64,000 nt of DNA. Source: Felis catus. Taxonomy: Eukaryota. This document shows, piece after piece, positions 49,378-62,337 of the stretch. Both the position numbers and the translations under genes were made by a program. The stretch is taken from assembly GCF_018350175.1 (NCBI RefSeq), contig NC_058368.1:207082001-207146000 (forward strand), given 5' to 3'. Below the pieces are notes generated by a model, which ran no database searches, had not been told where the DNA came from, and saw only the letters and a list, made by a program, of their open reading frames with translations. Each line of letters opens with the position of its first letter. The stretch's first letter is position 1.

Positions 49378-52300
49378 TGCAGCATTTACTTAGCAATTCC
49401 ATGTTCAGATGAACAGTTTATTATGAAGCTTTTGGTAACTTAGCACTGACCTGCAACACAAGTGGGTCTGAAGGAGCTTGGAATACATACAGGATCATCA
49501 AACTCTAATTTACAGCCAACGTTATGAGTTAGAAGTGGGGTAAGATATCAGCTGCCACATCAATAATTCCAATTTGCTACTTTTAGAGTTACAGCACAAT
49601 AAATAAGGAACCAACAACACTGCTCTTATCTCTCTAATCAAGCATTCAGTGCAAACCATGAAATATTACTCAAAGTCATAGGGAAGCATATACTGTAGCT
49701 AAGATTCAATATATTCTACAAACTAAGCCAGTTTCTCATCCTTTCACTGGAGTCAAATTCGCTATCACACTTCTGCAAGGACCTTGACAAATAATACTGG
49801 TCTATTATTACCTACACTTACCCAAGTTAATTTACTGACTGTTCGAAAACATTTTAATTTAATTATGTCTCAGCAACCTAAACAATTTGTATACTTTTCC
49901 ATACAGCTTATGAGGTAGTGATCAAATTCCCACATATGAAGATGAATAAAATTTTGGTACATAGAAGTTTACTGGTACATAAAAGTGACTTAGTTGAAAT
50001 CAAAGTCTCCTTGTATCATTAACTTGATAGGTGAATTTACTCATAACCTGCACCAATATTCAGCGAATACTTACCAGTAAGACTCTACTGGTTACTTACA
50101 GCTGGTGTTCTTTTTGAATAATTGTGCCACCCATGCTGACTGGCTTGTGACTATGTTATTTTTTTTTAATCAGTTGGAATATCATTACTGCTTGTAATTT
50201 ATAACTTCTCAACGTCCCTGTTTGGATCTCTAAGTTAATTAGCTCAGTAGTTGGCAGTGGGTAATTATCTGCCTATTTATTTGGTCGTTTGCTTTTCTAT
50301 AACAGGAATTCACAAGCAATTTATTTACATGTCTTTACTATCACCACCCTCCATAAAGCTGAAGATACTGACAAACCAAATGCAGCTACTTCCTTCAATA
50401 AGTGGAAGCCCCTTTTTATATGACTACAATGTTTGAAGATTTGAAAGTTACACTTGTTTTATAATAAGAAATTTGCTTAAATCTGTCCCGGAAATGATTT
50501 ATTTGGGGTTTCACGTTAAGTACTTCAAGCTTTCACTAGTTGTGGATGCTGCAGGATTTCACACTATGTAACTTCTTTATTTCACCATGGTTGAGTTACT
50601 CAAGTAATGTAATTCTTTTAATAAGACGTGGTAGCAACTTTTTGTCCCGTCTGAAAGACCTTTCCCTGAATTACTTTGTATTACAAAATCATCTTCAAAC
50701 AGACAACCACAGACATTTGAAATTTCAGGCGTTCAAAAGCTTTGTTCATTTAAGTGCTAGAAAGTTATTACATTCCAACTCATTTCCAGTTCCCAGGCTT
50801 ACTGAATTACTGACTCATGCTGACTCATGCATGGGTCTTATCCCTGGATGCTTCTTATTTATAACCTGAACCAAAGTCTCAAGTTATTTCTTTAACAGAA
50901 TTTTAAGAAAATAAAACGCAAAGAGAAAAAAATCTACGGTCTGCAGCTCCAATTGATGTTTTGAGTTTTGTACCTCATTTACCAGAAATATCTCAAGTGA
51001 AGCTGGAAAATCCCATAAAAGATATGACAGACATAAAAGAAAATGGTCCCTCAACTATCATAACACTACTTTATATCTATATAGTAAAATGTTTCACATT
51101 CATCTGAACTGCATAACGGTCATGTTTTGCATGTAGAATATACTTCTGCTGTTATAAGGCTCTAAATTCCTATGGGGGGGGGGGGGAGTCATTCCAGTCA
51201 CATCCTATTTTCTAATATCAGAAACTGCCTGACAAATGTCCCTATTGACCTCTATCAATGAGTTTGAATTAACCCATATTCTGAGACCAGCTGTGACCCA
51301 AGTTCAAAAGCATGTAGGTACCTCTTGCCTATTCAGGTATGTGGTTCAGTGTCAGGGGTCGCCTTGGCTGTAGGTGGGCAGGGGCTATCGTACAGTCCCT
51401 TTCATTTCCAGCCCCTGGTCCTCGGATCCTTACTGGAGGCACTTTCTACCATGCAGCTAATTCCACTGCTTATTTAATTGCCTTGTTGCCCAAATTAGCA
51501 ACTCAGTCTCTAGTCCTTGACAAAAAAAAAAAGCAACAATGGATTAGTTTCTTAGGAGACTAAGAAAGTGGACAAGAATTTAAAGTTTATTTGGACTAGT
51601 TTCTAAATTTTTAGTTGAACCTCTCCTTTACTGACAGGTTTAATGAAGAAGGAAGATTTGCCATGATTTGCCATGCTCGTATATTCTTTTTGGTGTTATC
51701 AGAAGAGAAAAACTAAACTAGTGCATGTTCACAGAAGGGAATTCAACATTAACTTGGAGACATTGTATGCCTTAAGCAGAAGTCTAACAGCCAGAACTGT
51801 AGAAGTTTGGAATAAATACTTCAGTGAGAAATTTCCTATCTCTTGTAGTGTGCAGTCATTAGCCAACATGAACAATCAGGAAAGACTAATGATTCAATGA
51901 TCATTTATCAGTCTCTTCATCTTTTTGATGTATCAGCAGTATTTGACACAGCTGATCACAATCATCTATTTCCTGGATTATTGCAATAGTCTCCTAACTA
52001 ATGTCTCTGCTTCAAGCACAGTCAGTCAATAAGAATGCACGGTAATTGTACAGAATCTTGCCAAGGGCTAGAGATTGAATTGATTAGGTAGAAGGGCAAA
52101 TGAAACAAACAATGGAATTAAGCGGGTGGCAGAAACTGCCTCATATAAGGATCTGGGTACTAGGGGCTAGGAACAAAGAGGTTGAATAATAATCCCTGTG
52201 TCATCTGCACCAAGGATTGTTGCTAACCATAAACTTAAGTACCTCTTATCTACTCATGAGTCTAAATTTCCATGCATGTGCCCATTAAAATGGGATACAG

Positions 52301-52489
52301 TTTAGTAAAATTGTTCATAAGAACAGGGGCCCACAAAAATTCTTTGCCTAGGACCCCATATAACCTATGGGTGGCCCCGACTGAAATCTTGCATCGGTCC
52401 ATAAAATAGAACATCTTTAAACGAGTTTTCTACCCAAAGCACACCTTTTGGCATGCTCTGTACCGCCTGTAATTGTGCTGATACCAGAC

Positions 52490-52852
52490 CCACCACTGTC
52501 TTAAGCTCTTTGCATGTGCTGTTCCTAAGTAACTCTTCCATTAGATACCTACAGGTGTCATCCGTCACCTTCTTCAGTCTTACTCAGGAGTCATCTTCTC
52601 AGTAAACCTTCCTTCCATCACTCTATGTATTAATGCAACTATCTCTGTTTTCTGTATTACTTCCCCTTACTATGTTCTTTCTACATAGCTCTTCTAGCCA
52701 TTTTGCATATTTACTTGTTTGTTCTTTATATAACCCTATGAAAATGTGAGTAAGAATTATCTGCTCATTCACTGCTCTTTCCCCAGTTATCGAAGAATAT
52801 ATTTGTTGAGTGAATAAAGGAATATTGAATGAATGGATGAATGAACGAATGA
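52490..52852 (+). mobile_element. L2a 3' end
   Basis: tttgcatgtgctgttcc...gtcatcttctcagtaaaccttcc...atttgttgagtgaata...gaatgaatggatgaatgaa. Confidence 0.8.
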
Positions 52853-53361
52853 TGGCTGGTCTTTACTTTGAAGTTTCCCTTCAATTCCATAATCCTTCAT
52901 AAAGTCCCATTTATAAAAGCCAGTGCATATATCAATCTCCTTCTAAAAAGATATCACAAAACAATGAAGGACAAGTCAATATTAAAGTTAAAAATATTTT
53001 CAATGAAAATTTTACAAAAGATGATTTTCTGTTTTTCCACTTTGTACAGGATCATTAATGTTCTCCCATGATCTTAAAACCTTGGAAGGAAGTATTCAAT
53101 TCCAAAACTATTTGCCAATTGTTTTTTGTCTTATTTTAGCACAATATGTAATTTTAATTTTTTCCCATTTCCTTGACTTATTTTGAGTAAGTTAACTTCT
53201 GGCTTCTTTCCTCGTTTAATTTTGGCCTAGTTAGGCTGGTTTTCACTTCCACCATACTCCTGAATACTCTTTCTCTAACTCATATTATTTTGTGGTGGCC
53301 ATATCCACATAATCATTTTTCTATTGTGATAATTTCAGAATAATGCTTAATAATATTTTCT

Positions 53362-53587
53362 TTTTTTTTTAATTTTTTTTTCAACATTTTTTATTTATTT
53401 TTGGGACAGAGAGAGACAGAGCATGAACGGGGGAGGGGCAGAGAGAGAGGGAGACACAGAATCGGAAACAAGCTCCAGGCTCCGAGCCATCAGCCCAGAG
53501 CCTGACGCGGGGCTCGAACTCACGGACCGTGAGATCGTGACCTGGCTGAATTCAGACGCTTAACCGACTGCGCCACCCAGGCGCCCC
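53362..53587 (-). mobile_element. Young felid SINE (SINEC_Fc-like)
   Basis: Head rc ...ccgactgcgccacccaggcgcccc; perfect TSD aataatattttct at 53349-53361 and 53588-53600. Confidence 0.97.
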
Positions 53588-55067
53588 AATAATATTTTCT
53601 ATGAAGGATAACTCAGGAGAACATGCAGTGATATGCAATGTGTATAAAACCTGATAAACACTTTCTCATTAAGACAAAAAAAGCTACAAAAAATCATTTT
53701 ATTTGATTCCTTCATATTTGATTCAGAGCATAGAGGAGTATTTGCAGTTCCCATGACTATTTTTAAAAAATATATTTCAGAGTGGAAGTTTACATAAAAG
53801 ACATTAACGTACTCTAAGTACAAAATTTGACTGTCATCTTTTTTCTCCCTTCACATAGCTGGGACTGGCATAAATCAACTATAAGAAACATACTATGACC
53901 TTTTTATTTTTTTTTTAACTTAAGACCAATGTTAGTAACAAAATCTGATTTCAGACTAATTTTGGAACTCAGGCTTACAAAGAGCAAAAAAAATCTCTCC
54001 AGCAGAAATGAACATTTAACTTTTCTGCCTTTCCAATAGTATATTAATAAAAACAACTTTCTAATATAGTGTCAGTCAGTAGAATTTGAACTCTAAGCCT
54101 TTTAGGAGTGGTGATCCAGCCCCAGCCACACTGGTCTCCAGTGTAATTAATGGCATCATTTTGAAGACAAATGGACTATGTCAAGGGAAAACTGTGATTT
54201 TCCATCCAGGATCTATGGAATCTGATCATTTACTCCCAAGTATATTATTTTTATGACATAACCACCTAAAACTTAGATTAGTAAGCTTATATTTAACAAA
54301 TTAGAAAATTGGAATGCCAATTATCTATGGAATATTACACATAAGTACCAGCATTAACATCAGGTACTACTTCGACATAATAGTTAAGAGTTTGCTTTGG
54401 TATCAAACTACCTTGCCACTTAATTGCCAAGGAGCTTTGTGGAAATTTTTTACTGTTTGTGATATTGTTGTTATTATTATCATTGTTAAGGACTCCTGAG
54501 TATGTGAGAGTATTAATACTCCTTTCTAAACAATGTTTATCAAATGATAATTAAAACCATGGACTTCTGGGAAATAATAGGAGCTCTCCACAAGCAAATA
54601 AATGAAATCAGTAGCCATAATTTTTTCAAGAGCCCACAAGAGTGTGATTTCAATAGAATAAAGGATGTAGAAGTATAAACAACTGCCCAGCAAAGGCAAG
54701 ATGAATTTGGAGTTCTAGAGAGCCAGAGTTACATCACGAAAGAATCATGGCCTAGAAATTATGGCAGGTGCTAGTGGCAGTGAGCACCATTAATTAGAGG
54801 TGAGGGCCCCAAAGACATATTTGGAAGCACAACTTTGTTGAGTAACTCCAGGATAATAATGAAGTTAATTTCCAAAACCAAACACAAAATATGTCATCTT
54901 AAATGACATATTTTCCTTAAGGAAACATTTGACGTTTAGATTACACGAAAGAATATTTAATAATTTCATAAAATCATGATGTCTACAGGCTTTCCGAGTA
55001 GTTAACTAACTTTCTGGTTTAGCTAACCCAGCCTCACTCACTTCTTACCTTTAAAAGGGGCTGAAGT

Positions 55068-55280
55068 GGGGCGCCTGGGTGGCGCAGTCGGTTAAGCGTC
55101 CGACTTCAGCCAGGTCACGATCTCGCGGTCCGGGAGTTCGAGCCCCGCATCGGGCTCTGGGCTGATGGCTCAGAGCCTGGAGCCTGTTTCCGATTCTGTG
55201 TCTCCCTCTCTCTCTGCCCCTCTGTCATGCTCTGTCTCTCTCTGTCCCAAAAATAAATAAACGTTGAAAAAAAAAATTTA
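55068..55280 (+). mobile_element. Young felid SINE (SINEC_Fc-like)
   Basis: Near-consensus; TSD taaaaggggctgaag at 55052-55066 and 55281-55295. Confidence 0.97.
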
Positions 55281-55297
55281 TAAAAGGGGCTGAAGGA

Positions 55298-55512
55298 GGG
55301 GCTCAGTTGGTTAAGCCTCCGACTGTTGGTTTCAGCTCAGGTCATGATCTCATGGTTTGTGAGATGGAGCCCACTTCACGTGGGGATCTGCAAGGACAGC
55401 ATGGAGCCTGCTTGGGACTTTCTCTGCCCCTCTCTCTCTCTCTCTCTGCCCCCCCCCCCCCGCTCATGCTCCCTCTGTCTTCCTCAAAATAAATAAATAA
55501 ACTTAAAAAAAT
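55298..55512 (+). mobile_element. Older Can-SINE with shortened head
   Basis: ggggctcagttggttaagcc...; TSD taaaaggggctgaagga / taaaaggagctgaagga (55513-55529). Confidence 0.93.
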
Positions 55513-57202
55513 TAAAAGGAGCTGAAGGATATGTGTTGATTTCATCAGTAACTAAAGAATGGAGTCTCCAAAACATTTTTTTCTTTTATTGCTAAACGAA
55601 CATTGAAGAAAATACCTCACATGCATTTACAAGTTGATATCAATAAGTTTTCAACAAAAATTGAATTACTTATAAAAGAAAATCCAATATATTGTAAATA
55701 CTGCCTTTTAAAATAAAACTATTATAAAACTTTTAAATGTATCCACTAGAGTCTAAACACCATGGTGGATATGATACCCAACATTATCCATGAACAAATG
55801 CATGAGCAATCTCTTCAATCCTCATAAACTTTATATCTGCTTTCCCCCCATAAACTACAATTTTCATTCTAGTCTCCACATAGAGTTTTATCCCAATGTA
55901 ATATAATTTCACACTTGAAAACCTGACAGTAATCACTCATATGTCTATTGAAGAAAAATATATGCATGTTAAAGTTACAAATTTTTAATTCTTTGACTCA
56001 CAAGTCTCTAAGTGATAGAAAGTTTTGTGTTAAAAAGTCATTACAATGATTATTAGTCCATGATTAATCAAAATGAAGCAAATATCATACAATTTGGAAA
56101 AATAATCATGAAACGTATTTTTGAAAATGCATATGTTGTTGATTTGTATAAGTTCATTCACCAGTGAGGTAATATGATTACAAATAGTATATTTTTGGCT
56201 AGATTACACAGCATAAATTCAATTCTTATTTTTTGCTTTTGTAGATGTTAGTGCTGAGAAACTACATCTTCACAAAGCAAAGAAGTAAAAATGTAGTTTT
56301 CCTAGTGCGCTGCCGCTCTATTCTTTAAGTTCCATGTGAGTTTTGTGGCAAAAGCCACTAGTGATCTTTCATTAGACTTATTTCTAATGTATTGGCTAGC
56401 ATTTTTATTATGTCTCTCCTTCAATGTTTTTGAAAGTAAAGAATTGACAACCACCAAGCTTGCAAAAAAGGATTTCTTACCTATGTATTAGAGTTACTCA
56501 TTTTCTCATCTCTCTCCCGTATATTTGAAATTAGGTCTTTGTTCGGTGTCACAAAGCTTTTAATACTCAGGAGCGTATACCAAGGTAAGAAAATTAGTGA
56601 GATGTATGTCTCACTAATAGTATGATACAGTGAGAGGCAAAAGTGAGAGAAGAGTGATTTTTAAGGGGATATTTGGGCCACAGATAAGTTCTCAGGAAGA
56701 TTTATTTTAGGAGTTAAAAGTTAGGAGTAAATGTTAAAGATCTAATAATAGATTCCTGTAAAATTAATCCCGTAAGCTTATTATTCTTCCCTTCTTAGCA
56801 CATTATTCTTCCCTTCTTATGTACTCTAGGGATACATGTACCCTAGTTTCAAGAATGCTTTTTTTGAAAGCCTCTGAAAATAGTGATAAATATTTAGAGT
56901 AGGATGAAAGTCCCTAAAAATAAGACTTGGTATTTGGAGGGGAATGAATAAAATACATTGTACAGAAATGGTAGTTTCTTTATTTGTTTGCTTGGTTTTG
57001 TGTTTAGATACAGAGGTGAAAAATTGCCCTTGAACATATCAACTGAAACCAGGATATCTCAGCCCCCAACAGATCTCTTTAATTTTGTAAATTGCTCAGT
57101 GCCATTAGCCTATCCTTGTGTAAAACTATAATTCAATCTCACATTGACTATGGGTATAGTTTATTTTTGGTCACACATAAGAACTATTAAAATTGTACAC
57201 TT

Positions 57203-57404
57203 AAAAAAAATTTTTTTTAACGTTTATTTTTGAGACAGAGAGAGACAGAGCATGAACGGGGGCGGGGGGGCAGAGAGAGAGGGAGACACAGAATCGGAAG
57301 CAGGCTCCAGGCTCCGAGCGACGCAGGGTTCGAGCTCACGGACCGCGAGATCGTGATCTGAGTCGAAGTCAGACACTTAACCGACTGAGCCACCCAGGCG
57401 CCCC
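57203..57404 (-). mobile_element. Can-SINE with internal deletion, inserted in an old L1 3' end
   Basis: TSD aaattgtacactt; flanks aattgtacactttaaaggggtgaattatatggt...tttcaataaagct are an L1M 3' terminus. Confidence 0.94.
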
Positions 57405-58170
57405 ATAAATTGTACACTTTAAAGGGGTGAATTATATGGTGTATGATTACATTTCAATAAAGCTCTCATAATAAAAAAATACAGCATATAGGAACTGAAT
57501 AAATAACCTCCCGTAGAATGAGGACCATTGATACAGGGACAGTTATACACAAGAACTCTCTAATTCATGAAGGTTAAGAAGAGGATGTGAAAAGCTCTGT
57601 GCTTACTCAATCACTCAAACAAAAAAGAACATTATATTATTCTAGAATTCTAAAACTGTGTAGTATTTCTTGAAATTAGAAAGGAGCAGTGGAAGTAAAC
57701 AAAGTTTTGTGGGTTTGTTTGTTTTTTACTTTTTTTACATGCATCAGCTTACACAATGGTATAACTATGTATCCATTATTCTTTAATTGATCAAATGAGT
57801 ACCAAAGTATCTGAAAGAATAGTGTGATACAGAAAATGGGGGAATTTCAAGAGACATAAAAGCCCATTCAGTCACCACTTTTACAGACTTTTACAGTGTA
57901 AAAGGCCCAGAGAGGTGAATATATCACACAGGGAACTTATTAAAGGCTGAGTGAGACCAGTTACCACATCCTTCAGCCAATGACAAGGTATCTTACCTTA
58001 AAACACTGGCTGCAGGCCCTGTGAAACACTGGAATCTGGAAGGGTGGACACCAGGTAAAAGATTACAAATTATGATTTTTTTGAAAAAAGATTGGAACAA
58101 TTAAACAGCAGGAAAGTTGAGGGTTTTATTAGAGAGAGAGAAGAAAACTAACTATAGAACATTTCAGTGA

Positions 58171-58386
58171 GGGGGCGCCTGGGTGGCTCAGTCAGTTGAG
58201 CCTCTGACTCTTGATTTCAGCTCAGGTCATGATACTGGAGTCATGAGATCGAGCCCTGCCTCGGGCTCCCAGCAATGAGCACGGAGCCTGCTTAAGATTC
58301 TCTCTCTCCTTTTCCCTCTGCCCCTCTTCCGCTTGCATGCACACACGTGCTCTTTCTCTCTCCCTCTCTCTCTCTGCCCCCCCAAA
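58171..58386 (+). mobile_element. Older Can-SINE, nearly tailless
   Basis: Perfect TSD agaacatttcagtga at 58156-58170 and 58387-58401. Confidence 0.94.
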
Positions 58387-58851
58387 AGAACATTTCAGTG
58401 AAAGCTCTGGAGTTAATATCAAAAGGAAGTGGGTTTTCAATTGAATCAGTTACCAAAGATACCCACTGAAACACAGCGGCCCCACCACACATCTCTGGTG
58501 GTAATGAGAGGACCGTAGCATTAGATAGACTCATATGATGAATCATGAAGCTTGAGTCAAGAAGGCGACACAACTGGGTGGAAGACAGAAAAGATCACTG
58601 ATGGGATAGGTTCATTACTGAGGTCCTCTGTAGACAGCCTCATCATTCTTCACATGGAAGGAATACATCACATGAACTCCCTCACAAAAAGACACTATGT
58701 ACAACCAGAAAAACGATGAATAATCAGTTAAATAATGATCGTTCATGAGAGCTGTCTTATTGGTGGTATATTACTAGGTAATTCCAAATTCCATATCCAG
58801 GACTTCTGCTAAAATTATAAATAATTTCTCATCATTCAAAAAATAACTTTA

Positions 58852-59064
58852 GGGGCGCCTGGGTGGCGCAGTCGGTTAAGCGTCCGACTTTAGCCAGGTC
58901 ATGATCTCGCGGTCCGGGAGTTCGAGCCCCGCGTCGGGCTCTGGGCTGATGGCTCAGAGCCTGGAGCCTGTTTCCGATTCTGTGTCTCCCTATCTCTCTG
59001 CCCCTCCCCCGTTCATGCTCTGTCTCTCTCTGTCCCAAAAATAAACATTGAAAAAAAAATTAAA
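58852..59064 (+). mobile_element. Young felid SINE (SINEC_Fc-like)
   Basis: Near-consensus; TSD aaaaaataacttta. Confidence 0.97.
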
Positions 59065-59270
59065 AAAAAATAACTTTAAAAAACTTCTAAATAACTGATC
59101 TTACAACTTTAGAACATTGCATGAATTGATTTCTATATTTTATTCCATTCAAAATAAGTTAGTGAGTGTGGTCTTATAAGGATTCTCACATTAACACAAC
59201 ATCCACGGAGAAACAGCTCTTTTCGCATCTGGCAAAGGTACAATTTGTATTATATTGAGGCTGTCAAAAC

Positions 59271-61030
59271 TTAGCCTGCCCCAACATTTGCAGGGCCTGG
59301 AGCAAGAGTACGAAGGAAGGCTCGTGTACCATATGTTTATATATTTAAAGGTATAAAACAAACCACAAACTGCTTAATAAAACGTGCCCCATCCCCCTAC
59401 ACTGGCTAATGCACATTCAAAACAATAAAGTGAAAAATACGGGCAAGACTGTGGATTGTATTTAAGAGTCAATGGAACACCCAAATGTATTCACTTAAAT
59501 GTGTCCAAAATGGATTAAATTATTTTGGCACATCTACCATCCCGTTGATGTCTCAGTGGTAATTAGAAGAATTCCAAGCACTGTGTATTGTTATAAATAC
59601 CAGCTTCGCATAACTTGTGTTCCAATGTCAGTAGTGATCTAAAGGATGAAAAATAACCTGTGGATGTACTTAAAGTATAACAAGTTTGGACAGAGTTTCA
59701 TTGGAAGTGTAAACTCCAGTGGAAATAAAAGGAAATTGTTGATATCATTTTATAAATTATTATAAATGATGTATATTTATATAAATATGTAAAATAATTT
59801 ATATTTATAAATAATTTGTAATTATACTGTGAATATATTTTTTCTGAAACATTTGAAATTACCTGTTAAAATGAACGAGAAAATATAATTACGGAACACC
59901 AAATTTTAAATAACTTCAATAGCCATGGTTTTCATTGAATTTTGAGAAGTTAATTATGTTTATCCAACCTTTTTCTAAAAAATCACCAATTTGGCAAATC
60001 AGCACCAGGAAAATGCCAACACATTACACTGAAGTGACCTAACACTTATAGTCCCACAAATATCTATTATGGCTATTCACTTCGAGTTTGGCTAAATCAA
60101 ACCAGTATCATGAGGTTATCCTTACCCTAAAAATTGAGGAGAAAAAAAAAAACCACCTAAGCATTATAACGTGTGCATGTATGTGTGTATATGGGTATTT
60201 ATTTTTGTATCAATTCCTAAATCCTATATTCCAGGAAATGACCGAAATTATTTTTGAAATACCAAGGAAGTACTTCTATCAAGACCTAAGTAAGTTGTTC
60301 TGGTTTTGAGGGACAAAACCAATCTATAATTATTTATGCCTCTTAATGCTTTCAGAGGAGCTGTCCTCCGAGTAGCAAGTGTGGCTGTGGTCTGGATGAG
60401 CCGGGGGAAGAAAGGAAAAAGCTGCCAGCGCCAGAGCAAGAAACACATTTGCACGACAGGCAGTCCTGCACAGTCTCATGGGTCAGTTTGCTAGTGAGCC
60501 AAATCACAACGAAGCTTTGAATTCACACTAAACATGTTACGGGCCCTCCAAATTACAACCTAACCTGTACTCAGTAAGAACAAATCAATATTTTTCTCAG
60601 CATCTCTAACTGAATGCGGCGAAGGAGTGGTTTCTCACCCTGGGTAAGAGGCGGGCTGTCTAGCTTCTTGGAAACCTTGTCATGCGCAGCTAACAGTGCC
60701 GATAATGGCCGAGAAATGTACTCCCCGCACTGACCTCTAATTTTCTTTGTTCTTTTCCAATCTTCCTTAATGTGTCCTCCTCCCTATATTTGTCTATCAT
60801 TCTGTCAACTCTTTCGTGTTCTTGATTTTAGTTGGGGAGCACATTTGCGTCACCGCGGTTGCAAGTGGTTCAGAACTCGGGGGAGCCGGCGGGCCAGCAG
60901 TCCTCTGGCCCTCTTCCCCAGATCCCTGCTTCACTGTCACCAGACTGCCACCCATCCTTGCCAACACCTCTGGTCACAGGGCTGGTAAGTATGTGTGCAC
61001 TCCCATATGCATGCGTAGCTGTTTCTGAAT
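59271..61030. mobile_element. Zaphod/MER115-like hAT-Tip100 DNA transposon fossil
   Basis: Left end atttgcagggcctggagcaagagtacgaaggaaggctcgtgtaccatatgtttatatatttaaa resembles the Zaphod/MER115 terminus; GC-rich subterminal-like block near 60840-61020; internal extent uncertain. Confidence 0.55.
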
Positions 61031-62337
61031 CACAGACTCATCATAAGTTTTCGCATGATATCTACAACCACCAAAATCTCACCGCACTTTTCCCAAGGCT
61101 GAATTTATTCATCTAAAAAAAAAAAAAAAAAAAAAAAGGCATTGAGACTATTCTGGGACTTTTACTATGCAGACATATTACGGAGGCAGTAAAAGAATTT
61201 TATTTGAAATAACAACCAAAAGCCAACTTGGAGCGCAGCAAGAAGGGATTAGACCACCGCATAACTAGCCTTATTGGAATCAATTCCAAGAACGTAAGAA
61301 TTTACTGAGAGGCAGTGTATTTTCTGGAACTGTAATCAAAGGTGGATGGGGAGGATAGGCAAGTAAAGGCAGCCATGGGGAACTTGAACTTTCATCATCT
61401 TGGTTACAGTGTTTTCAAGTATTAACTGTGCCTGGCAAGCAAAACGCAGTTAAAAGTCTAATAACCAAGCATAAACTTCACACATCTAAATCTCTTGCAA
61501 TAGTTCTAGTCAATACTTGGCAATCAGCTTTGCAAATGGGTTTTAAACAAGCACTTATAATGATGAAACAATATAGCGGAACAAATTGTGGTAAGAAAAG
61601 CATGTTGTTGATGTCAAAGAAGTCAGCCTATTACCGTAATGCTAACAACACATTTTTTTGTCCACACTGACTGTGGTCCTGGTCACAGGCTAATTTCTGA
61701 TGCCTGCTTTTAAAATTATCATCGGTGCATGGAGAAATGTGGAAAACCTTAGGTATGCTCAAAAATTGACAAGTCAATTCAGTTAAAACAAAAACAGAAA
61801 TGTAGACCATAACCCTGATATACTGACATATATTAACAAGGAACAAAATAGACAATCATTTTAGTTATTTTATTGACACGTTATTAACCCAAACATCACT
61901 CTTCCTTTTATGGCACTCTCCTTAGTGGCTGTAGATTTTTTTTTTTTTAGTTACTGGTTACACATGTGCATTTTAATTCAAAATAATTATTATATGATTC
62001 TTATAGACAGGTTTATTCAAAAAATAAAAACTGCCTATTCCATTTAGGGTTTGAAACATCATTAGATTTTTTCGTGACTTAAATAGTATTTGCTGAACAC
62101 CTTTGTTTTCATAATACTTTATTAGATGCTACTGTGGAACATGGTAAATGATACATTTCATGCTCTTAAAAATCTAATCCCACATCTGGAAAGAAAAAAA
62201 GTATATGCCGGTTAAAATGAAAATAAATAATTAATTATTATCGGCCAAATTCACCATTTAGCTAGTAATAATTGGGGAAATTGAACTGAGGAAGAGTCAG
62301 TAGAGGAGTCAAGCTGAAAATTTATGTTGAGAAGTCA

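Noticed and set aside
56780..56819. 18-bp direct repeat attattcttcccttctta, and similar micro-duplications near 10135-10220, 49957-49985 and 57877-57897
   Set aside because: Ordinary slippage duplications with no further structure
136..59038. Many similar short ORFs (MAQSVKR.TSAQVMIS..., MGQRETEHERG...) that look like a gene family
   Set aside because: They are translations of Can-SINE copies on either strand
61114..61138. Long poly(A) as the tail of a processed pseudogene
   Set aside because: No upstream AATAAA or TSD found; context (ttcatct-aaaa-gg) fits an expanded A-run in a MIR-like remnant
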